Shown piece after piece: positions 16,892 to 23,561 of a stretch of 24,000 bases of DNA. Each line of letters opens with the position of its first letter. The first letter of the stretch is position 1. The notes under the pieces are model-generated. The model did no database searches. It was not told the origin of the DNA and was given only the letters and a program-made list of their open reading frames with translations. The stretch is from Rhodomicrobium vannielii ATCC 17100 (lineage in GTDB: Bacteria > Pseudomonadota > Alphaproteobacteria > Rhizobiales > Rhodomicrobiaceae), in NCBI RefSeq assembly GCF_000166055.1, contig NC_014664.1, forward strand, positions 807,927 to 831,926, given 5' to 3'. The translations under genes and the position numbers were made by a program.

Positions 16892-17402
16892 ACAAGTCTC
16901 CCGGCTTTTACTTGCTTAGGATTTCAAGGAAGCCAATACACAACTGTTCTTCGCAACAAGCCGCAAGTTATCTTTGAGATGTTCGTGGACAGAACGCGCA
17001 GCCTTTCCGAACCCGGTCGGGTGTGTGTCCTGCGGGTCACTTTGCGGAGCATTTCGGTCGACAGCTTTTTTTGTGAGCGCAATCGAAATTTCGCCGAAAG
17101 CGCCTTGGAAAATGATGCCGTTTAAGTCTTAAACATTCGTGCGCTGGTTTGACGCACAAACCGTTGAAGTCGAGTGTGTCAAACGGTGAAAACTTTTTAC
17201 AGGTTCTGACATAAGCCGTTACATTTAAAAAGATTAACGCGGGTCATTACAATTTTAATGGCCTGTATCCGTTGGCGGATAATGAGGCTCTACAGCGTGG
17301 TATGCAAAATATGCATGCCAGCCAATCGCGGGGTGCTTCCTAATTTACGCCTTATTTACCCTCTCAATCGCGCCGGTCGGAAGTTGACAAGGAAAGGTTG
17401 TG

Positions 17403-17936
17403 ATGAACAACGTGAAGCGTATCCGTGCGGTTGTCCTGATGGCTGCGATGTCTCTTGCCAGCCAGCAAGCGTTTGCCGAGTGCGGCATTGCCTCCACCTA
17501 CTCGGAGGGCTCGCGCACCGCGAACGGGGAAGCCTACAATCACATGGGCATTTCCGCAGCTCACAAGACCCTGCCGTTCGGCTCACGCGTCGTGGTCCGC
17601 AATCAGCGGACCGGACGCAGCATTACCGTGCGGATCAACGACCGTGGTCCATTCGTGGGCGGGCGCATCATCGACCTGTCCACCGGCGCGAAGAACGCGC
17701 TCGGCATGGACGGTCTGGCGCCGGTTTGCCTCGAAGTCGTGAGCTTTGGCAGTAGCCGCACCGTTAAAAGCGCGGAACTCCGCGAGCCTGTCGAAATGGT
17801 CCGGTCAAGCAATACCCGCACAGTGCGGGTTCGCAATAGTCGATCCGCCAAGGCGGGCGGCAAGGCGCGTTACGCGAAGTCTGGCAAGCGGTCGCGTCAT
17901 GCGGGCAGCGGACGGCGCAGGGTCGCCTCCCGCTAA
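17403..17936 (+). CDS. RlpA-like double-psi beta-barrel (DPBB) protein, a putative lytic transglycosylase; secreted, with a basic C-terminal tail
   Basis: GIASTYSEGSRTANGEAYNHMGISAAHKTLPFGSRVVVRNQRTGRSITVRINDRGPFVGGRIIDLSTGAKNALG matches the RlpA/DPBB_1 pattern. The signal peptide ends AFA|EC. AGGAAAGG lies upstream of GTG 17400/ATG 17403. Confidence 0.85.
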   Translation: MNNVKRIRAVVLMAAMSLASQQAFAECGIASTYSEGSRTANGEAYNHMGISAAHKTLPFGSRVVVRNQRTGRSITVRINDRGPFVGGRIIDLSTGAKNALGMDGLAPVCLEVVSFGSSRTVKSAELREPVEMVRSSNTRTVRVRNSRSAKAGGKARYAKSGKRSRHAGSGRRRVASR

Positions 17937-17949
17937 GCAAGCCTCCGGT

Positions 17950-17988
17950 GAAAGCGGCAGCGCGACAGTTCCTCGGCGCGCCGCTTTC
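17950..17988 (+). terminator. Hairpin 14 nt after the rlpA-like stop, a possible terminator
   Basis: GAAAGCGGC-(21 nt)-GCCGCTTTC, a 9-bp stem followed by TCTCC. The large loop and lack of a real U-tract make this weak. Confidence 0.35.
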
Positions 17989-18270
17989 TCCGCATCCCTC
18001 GCGGCCAAAGCCGCTTGTCTGGCCGCCTCGTCGGCGCATCTCCGCAGTCGATGAGCGTGGGATTCACTCGATCCTCAAGCGCGACCTTTCCCGGCAGTCG
18101 AAGCGCCTCTCGGGCTCGCGCCGCGGTATTCGGAAAAGTTGAGAAGAATTCATTTTGGGAGTCGCGAAATCGCCGCCATTTCTTGGCAAGGATCGTGGCC
18201 AATCGATCAGGCACCCCCGGCTTCGATCTCGCTGCATTTCCAAGATCCATACCGTCCAGGAGCTCCTTTC

Positions 18271-18663
18271 ATGAACATGAAATTCGCCGCAGCCATCGCG
18301 GTTTTAGCTGCCTTTGTTTCCACGTCCGTCCTCGCGCAGCAGAAGGAAGCGCCCGCGAAGGAACCGGCGCAGAAGGAAGAGCCTGCGGCGCCGAAGGCGA
18401 CCAAGGCCGACATCCAGAAGGTCGTTGACGGCATCAAGGCCGACAAGGCCAAGACGACGCAGTTCTGTAAGCTTGTGAAGCTTCAGGACGACTTCACAGC
18501 CGCCGCCGAGAAGAAGGACGAGAAGAAGCTCGAAGCGCTCGACAAGGAGATGCAGGACGGCGCGAAGAAGCTCGGTGCGGACTTCGAAAAATACGTGATG
18601 GATTCCGAGATGGACGAAGATGCTTCGACCGTGCTCGACGGGCTCGCGAAATCCTGCAAATAA
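18271..18663 (+). CDS. Small secreted Lys/Glu-rich protein (130 aa, two Cys), function unknown
   Basis: AGGAG lies 9 nt upstream of ATG 18271. The signal peptide is MNMKFAAAIAVLAAFVSTSVLA|QQ. GC3 bias is strong, and a canonical terminator follows. Confidence 0.8.
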   Translation: MNMKFAAAIAVLAAFVSTSVLAQQKEAPAKEPAQKEEPAAPKATKADIQKVVDGIKADKAKTTQFCKLVKLQDDFTAAAEKKDEKKLEALDKEMQDGAKKLGADFEKYVMDSEMDEDASTVLDGLAKSCK

Positions 18664-18689
18664 CGGTTCGACGCAAATCTTTGACGAAG

Positions 18690-18716
18690 ATGGTCGGGTT
18701 TCCGGCCATTTTTTTT
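18690..18716 (+). terminator. Rho-independent terminator
   Basis: ATGGTCGG-gttt-CCGGCCAT (8-bp stem with one G.U pair, 4-nt loop), with the terminal T of the stem continuing into a run of eight T in total. It begins 27 nt after the stop of the 130-aa gene. Confidence 0.85.
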
Positions 18717-18825
18717 GCTCGCGCGAAGGCGTGGGATAAGCCAGCCACCGCTCGCCCAACCCGTAGGGCGTGCTTTGCGAATCGCGTACCTCGGAAGAGC
18801 TCATGCTCTTATTCCGGGGTTGTCG

Positions 18826-19665
18826 ATGCCATTGCTTCGCCGCGCGCAGGCGCTTTTGATCCTCCTCTTCGCGGCTCTTGCCCTCGGACAGTACGCGACA
18901 CCGGGGCAGGCGCAGGAAAGAGGCTGCGACGCGCAGCTTTATCGCGGTGGCTTCCCCGCCATCAAAAGCGAGCAACTCGCGCGGGAAACCTACGGCCTGT
19001 GCTTCTCCGAAATCGCGGTGCTTTATTCGGGCGTATCGCGGACGCCGCTCTGGGCGGCCGAGATGCTGACGCCCGCTCGTGTCGCCGCCGCCAAGACCCT
19101 CACGCGCGTCAGCTCGAACGCCTTCCACGACGAGACGATGCTCCCGTCGGAGGTTCGAGCCGAGCTTGCGGACTACAAGCGCAGCGGCTTCGACCGGGGC
19201 CATATGGCGCCCAACGGCGATATGTCGACGCGGAAGGCGCAGGAGGAGTCGTTCTCGCTGGCGAACATGATCCCGCAGCACCCCTGTAACAACGAGGTGC
19301 TATGGGAGGGCATCGAGTCTGCCGTGCGGGATATCGCGGAGAGCGAGACGGTGTATGTCGTCACTGGCCCGGCCTTCCTCGGCTCGGAACTCGAAAGCCT
19401 GAAGGGCCGCGTGCTGGTGCCGACGCATGTCTTCAAGGCGATCTATGTGCCGTCGCGCAACGCGGCAGCCGCGTTTTTCGCGCCGAACGACGATAGTCAG
19501 GCCTGGGAAACGCTGTCCATCGACGAGCTTGAAGCGAAGGTTGGTGTCGACGTTTTCCCGCAACTTGACGGCGCGGTGCGCCGGCGTGCTATGATCCTGC
19601 CAAGGCCAACGCCGCACTACGGATGCCGGCTCCAGACCTCCGAGGCCGCCGGCCGGAGACGATGA
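18826..19665 (+). CDS. Secreted DNA/RNA non-specific endonuclease (Serratia nuclease/NucA family, beta-beta-alpha-Me finger)
   Basis: SGFDRGHMAPNGD (DRGH catalytic motif), the downstream SLANMIPQ Asn motif, and VVTGPAF. The start at ATG 18826 gives the signal peptide MPLLRRAQALLILLFAALALGQ. The track's 18715 start adds an Arg-rich extension. Confidence 0.9.
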   Translation: MPLLRRAQALLILLFAALALGQYATPGQAQERGCDAQLYRGGFPAIKSEQLARETYGLCFSEIAVLYSGVSRTPLWAAEMLTPARVAAAKTLTRVSSNAFHDETMLPSEVRAELADYKRSGFDRGHMAPNGDMSTRKAQEESFSLANMIPQHPCNNEVLWEGIESAVRDIAESETVYVVTGPAFLGSELESLKGRVLVPTHVFKAIYVPSRNAAAAFFAPNDDSQAWETLSIDELEAKVGVDVFPQLDGAVRRRAMILPRPTPHYGCRLQTSEAAGRRR

Positions 19666-19916
19666 TGAACTTTTCGCCTTTCAGGAACGAGACGGACGCG
19701 ATCACCCTCGGTGGGCTCACCATCGAGAACCGCGAGGACCGCGTTTCGGTGTATGGCACGCTGGCGATCACCCGCGACCGCGCCGGGCTTCAGGCCGCGA
19801 AGGTGCTGAAGGAGGCGGTGGACCGGATCGTCAAGGAGCTTGAGACGGGCGGCGACCTGCCCACGGTGGTTGCCTCCGCCGAACCGCCCGCGAAGGTGAA
19901 GAACCCCTTCGCGTAG
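19662..19916 (+). CDS. 84-aa cytoplasmic protein of unknown function, translationally coupled to the nuclease
   Basis: ATG 19662-19664 overlaps the nuclease stop TGA 19663-19665, and GGAG sits 3 nt upstream. GC3 bias is strong throughout (MMNFSPFRNETDAITLGGLTIENREDRVSVYGTLAITRDRAGL...). There is no signal peptide. Confidence 0.7.
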   Translation: MMNFSPFRNETDAITLGGLTIENREDRVSVYGTLAITRDRAGLQAAKVLKEAVDRIVKELETGGDLPTVVASAEPPAKVKNPFA

Positions 19917-20133
19917 CGTCGATTGGACGACGCGCATCGGCTGGCGACGGGGCCGACATTACGGTGAGGGCTAGCCGTACCGCCTGTTCATTCCGCGAGG
20001 ATACCCTCGGAGCGCTGATCGCTTATTGGTGAAACGAACGTGCCTTACAGCATCGTAAATCAGACTCTGCACGACGCTTTAAGTTTCTTTATCAGCTTGT
20101 CCGCGTCTAATCGGTCCGATTTAACGCACTGAT

Positions 20134-21441
20134 CTAGCGCGAGAATGGATTGAGGAACGACAAGGGCGATTGCTCGGCCGTGCTGCTTTGCGCGTGTCCG
20201 CCTTGCAAGCGTCCGCCTTCCGCGAGACGTCGCTGGATGCGGTCGAATATGGCGGCGAATTTCTGCGCGCCTGGCTTCTGGATGTTGCGATCCATGATCT
20301 CGTCGAGCTTCGCCAGCAATTCCGCGCCGGTCCTCTCGTGCACGACGGGGTTCCGCTCGTAGCCGCCGCGCTCAAAGAAGTTCGAGGTCGGCATATCGCG
20401 ACCGGGTGGCACCAGCATTTCGAAGCCGCTGCCGGGCCCGGCGAGGTTCATGAGTTCGAGCTGCGCGCCGTTGAGCCTGCCGAGGCCCTTTTTCCGCGCA
20501 TATTCGACCACGCTGCGGAGCTTTACCACCTGCATCCACGGGCCGATGTCGCCGTCGAGGTTGAGCGCATGCATGGCGAGCCCCTTCGGCGTCTTGGCGT
20601 ATTCGACATGCGCGGCCCAGCCGTCCCGCACGCGTCGGGCGTCGGCGTTCATGCGGCGGACGAGCGCCGCCTTGTAAAGCAGCGACTGCGCCTTGTCGCG
20701 CGGCACGCCTGGCTCTTGCGCCAGCCGTTCGAGCCGCGAAGCGAACTCGTCGCCCTCCTTGCGGACTTGCTCGATGGAATTCGCCGCGAGAAGCTGCGCG
20801 TAGCCAAGCGCCGTCGAAGCGGCCCGACCGGTCCTCGGATTATAGCCGGATTGCAGATCGTGCGTGCCCATGCCGCCCGTTTCCAGCGCGTAGACGCGCA
20901 CCACCTGATCGCGGCTGAGGCCGAGCTTCACGGCTTCGAGCGCGTAGGCGATCATGAAGTCGTCTTCAGGCACGCGATCCGGGCGGAAGCCATAGGTCGC
21001 CTGCGCCTCGCGCAGAAAATCGGAGACGACCGGGATGGGCGTCGGCGCGTCCTTTACGGGTGGTTTCGGCGGCTTCGGCAGCATCGCCATAATGTCGGCT
21101 GGGCGCTTCGGGCCGTTATAAACGGGGGGCTGCTCGGCGACGTAATCGTCGAGCGTCAGGGGCAGGGAACGCGCGATCTTCGTCTTGCGCCGCTTGCGCT
21201 TCATCTCCACGCGCTTCCAGTAGGCATCCACCGACTTCGCATAGGCGATGCGCGCGGATTCGTAGGCGTGAAGGATCGCCTGCTGCTGCGGAGAAAGGCG
21301 CGCAATGGCCTCCTGAAGCGGCGTCTGAGCGTAAGATATTGCGGCGAATGGCAAACAGAGAGCCAGAGCGAGCACGCAAATGCATGCGCGGGAAAACCCT
21401 CGCAGACGCGAAAGAGTTAACCGTGAGAAAGGCTTAGACAT
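20134..21441 (-). CDS. Secreted 435-aa protein with possible lytic-transglycosylase-like motifs
   Basis: The start at ATG 21441 gives the signal peptide MSKPFSRLTLSRLRGFSRACICVLALALCLPFAAISYA|QT. A Pro/Lys-rich linker follows. VRVYALETGGMG and STALGYAQLLAANS loosely resemble the E-x-x-G and G-x-x-Q-(F/L) motifs of MltB/SLT enzymes. The functional call is weak. Confidence 0.75.
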   Translation of the reverse strand: MSKPFSRLTLSRLRGFSRACICVLALALCLPFAAISYAQTPLQEAIARLSPQQQAILHAYESARIAYAKSVDAYWKRVEMKRKRRKTKIARSLPLTLDDYVAEQPPVYNGPKRPADIMAMLPKPPKPPVKDAPTPIPVVSDFLREAQATYGFRPDRVPEDDFMIAYALEAVKLGLSRDQVVRVYALETGGMGTHDLQSGYNPRTGRAASTALGYAQLLAANSIEQVRKEGDEFASRLERLAQEPGVPRDKAQSLLYKAALVRRMNADARRVRDGWAAHVEYAKTPKGLAMHALNLDGDIGPWMQVVKLRSVVEYARKKGLGRLNGAQLELMNLAGPGSGFEMLVPPGRDMPTSNFFERGGYERNPVVHERTGAELLAKLDEIMDRNIQKPGAQKFAAIFDRIQRRLAEGGRLQGGHAQSSTAEQSPLSFLNPFSR

Positions 21442-21670
21442 CGGCCCCACTATACCCGAAACGGCGATCCGAGACATCTGAAAACACCCAGCACTCCTAT
21501 AAGCCACGAGCCCTGTCCCGCGCTGACCGAATTTGTGCGACGCCACATTTTGGACGTGTCCTTGATGCAACTCACTTGGCTGATGATTTCGTTTCCGTCG
21601 CGCATTGGCGCGGGTTCCGGAGACGGTGAAGCCGGTCAGCGAGACTGGCCAATGCCTTTGGAAGGCGCAT

Positions 21671-21745
21671 TAGTGGTCCTCGCGATTCCGACATTTGCTC
21701 GCGAGTGCGCCGTAAAACGATGCAAATGTCGGAATCGGACCACTA
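21671..21745. repeat. 75-bp interrupted inverted repeat (24 paired bp, 4-nt bulge, 23-nt loop) immediately 5' of the patatin RBS
   Basis: The left arm TAGTGGTCC-tcgc-GATTCCGACATTTGC (21671-21698) is exactly complementary to the right arm GCAAATGTCGGAATC-GGACCACTA (21722-21745). GAGGG follows at 21746-21750 and the TTG start at 21759. Confidence 0.85.
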
Positions 21746-21758
21746 GAGGGTAGCGATT

Positions 21759-23222
21759 TTGCCGCCGTTTTTTGCCATTCGTGCCGGAGTTACCGCGCGG
21801 GTTAGCGTCCTTGCCGCAGCCGCTGTGTGTCTTGGAGCCGCTGTCGCGCTTTCGGGCTGCGCCGGGCTCAGCATCCGCAATGCCCCGATCAACTCGGCGC
21901 TGACCGACAGCGCGGAAGCCGCCGAGACGGGCGATTTTGTCCAGTCCGCGAGCCCGGCCGGCACAGGCGACACCTCCGACACGGTGATCGGCCTCAGCTT
22001 CTCGGGCGGCGGCACACGTGCCAGCGCTTTCGCCTTCGGCGTGATTCAGGAACTCGCCCGGACGGAAGCGCGCTCGAAGGTCGGATCGCAGTCGCTCATC
22101 GATCAGGTTTCGCTCGTCTCGGGCGTGTCGGGCGGGTCCGTCACGGCGGCCTATTTCGCGCTCAAGGGGCGGGATACGCTCTCCGATTTCCGCAAGCGCT
22201 TTCTGGTGCAGGATGTCGAGGCTTCGCTTTCGACCTCCGTCAACCTGCCGAACCTGATGCTGCTTGCGAAGGGCGGTGTCAACGACCGGTCGGGTCTGCC
22301 GACGTGGCTCGAAAAGAATCTTTTCCGCGGCGCAACCTTCGGCGACGTGATGCGCCCCGGCCGCCCGCAGCTCTGGATCAACGCGTCCGACATCTATAAC
22401 CGCACGACCTTCATCTATAACCCGACGAACTTCGGCGCGCTCTGCTCGGACCTGCGCCGCTACCCGCTTTCCGAAGCCGTGGCTGCGTCGGCGGCGGTGC
22501 CGTTCGTGTTCGCGCCGATCGTGATCGAGAATTACGCCGACCGTTGCCGCTTCGACATGCCGGACTGGACCTATTCGGCAGATCGCGCGGGCGCTCCGGC
22601 GATCCTGCGCGCGTCGGCGGGGGCGCTGAAGCGCTACCGCGAGAAGACCGACGTGCAGTTCGTGAAGCTCCTCGACGGCGGCATGACGGACAATCTCGGC
22701 CTCTCGGGCTTCGTGCTCGAACTCGCGGCCGCGACGAAACCTTACGAGCCGTTGACGCCGAAGCAGGTGGTGAACCTCAAGCGCTTCCTGTTCGTGGTGG
22801 TCGATGCGGGCCGCCCGCCCGGAGGCGATCTCGCGAAAAGCGCCGAGTCGCCCGAGCTGATGGACCTCATTCAGGCCGTGTCCGATACGGCGGTCGACGC
22901 GAATGTGCGCGCGGCCTACGACGCCTTCGTCGCGCAAATGGAAAACTGGCGCGACCGCATGATCGAATATCGCTGCGGACTGACGCCGCCCGAGGTGGTC
23001 TCGTATCGTGGCACGACGGAAGGCTGGGATTGTCGCGACCTCACGCTGACCGTGTCGAAGGTGAGCTTCGACCAGATGCGCGAGGCGTCCGTGCGTGCGC
23101 GGCTCGAAAAGATCCCGACGCGCTTCAAGCTGCCGAAGGACGACGTCGATTTGCTCATCTCGTCGGCGGGGAGCCTGCTCCGGCAGAACCCCGGCTATCG
23201 CGAGTTCATGGCGACGTTTTAG
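21759..23222 (+). CDS. Patatin-like phospholipase, predicted lipoprotein
   Basis: SFSGGGTRASAF (GGGxR oxyanion hole), GVSGGS (GxSxG nucleophile) and LLDGGMTDNLG (catalytic Asp). Lipobox ALSGC after a hydrophobic h-region. The TTG start at 21759 is tentative; no in-frame ATG or GTG lies before the lipobox. Confidence 0.88.
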   Translation: MPPFFAIRAGVTARVSVLAAAAVCLGAAVALSGCAGLSIRNAPINSALTDSAEAAETGDFVQSASPAGTGDTSDTVIGLSFSGGGTRASAFAFGVIQELARTEARSKVGSQSLIDQVSLVSGVSGGSVTAAYFALKGRDTLSDFRKRFLVQDVEASLSTSVNLPNLMLLAKGGVNDRSGLPTWLEKNLFRGATFGDVMRPGRPQLWINASDIYNRTTFIYNPTNFGALCSDLRRYPLSEAVAASAAVPFVFAPIVIENYADRCRFDMPDWTYSADRAGAPAILRASAGALKRYREKTDVQFVKLLDGGMTDNLGLSGFVLELAAATKPYEPLTPKQVVNLKRFLFVVVDAGRPPGGDLAKSAESPELMDLIQAVSDTAVDANVRAAYDAFVAQMENWRDRMIEYRCGLTPPEVVSYRGTTEGWDCRDLTLTVSKVSFDQMREASVRARLEKIPTRFKLPKDDVDLLISSAGSLLRQNPGYREFMATF

Positions 23223-23561
23223 ATCGCAGAGATGCTGCGGGGTCGTGCCGCCCCGACGCCGAGCGCGCGGCGCAGTGCATCCGTCGTTCCTCCCCGGTTC
23301 GAGCGATCACGAGCGGGGGGGAAGGGCCCGGTGCGGGGTTTGGCCGTGCCCTTCCCGGAGGTATTTCGCCTCCAGTATCCCACCATCGCGATGTCTCATG
23401 ACAGGTGTGTGGCAGTGGCGCTACAAAGTGCGCTGCGGGCGGCCCTGGAGCGGCAGCTTGCCAAGGGACGTGAAATCGCGCGCGGAGAGTGTCGCCCGAT
23501 CCCGACGCCTTGATGAGCATGACCTTATCGCAACCGATGCCCCGCTTTTGCGGGTCACGCT

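Noticed and set aside
17120-17240. CtrA boxes (TTAA-N7-TTAAC) in the AT-rich region
   Set aside because: The TTAA pairs present have spacers of 3 nt (TTAAgtcTTAA) and 5 nt (TTAAaaagaTTAAC), not 7. No GANTC methylation sites were noticed nearby either.
17258-18250. ORFs 17258..17755 (+, 165 aa, overlapping the rlpA-like gene out of frame) and 17933..18250 (-, 105 aa, in the spacer)
   Set aside because: The first is an Arg/Cys-rich alternative frame of a gene with a clear DPBB domain. The second has no RBS, has Arg-rich composition, and lies across a likely terminator hairpin and the promoter of the next gene.
20170-22937. ORFs 20170..21420 (+, 416 aa) and 21636..22937 (-, 433 aa)
   Set aside because: They are antisense to the signal-peptide-bearing 435-aa gene and to the patatin gene (GGGxR/GxSxG/DGG motifs) respectively. 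Both are Arg-rich shadow ORFs.
23290-23325. tRNA-like GGTTCGA strings (here, and at 18664-18672)
   Set aside because: The GGTTCGA is not flanked by a 5-bp T-stem with a 7-nt loop, and no acceptor, D or anticodon arms can be drawn. No tRNA is present.
23391-23513. 40-aa ORF MSHDRCVAVALQSALRAALERQLAKGREIARGECRPIPTP in the convergent spacer
   Set aside because: There is no Shine-Dalgarno sequence upstream (TATCCCACCATCGCG) and no recognisable family. It is too short to assess codon bias.
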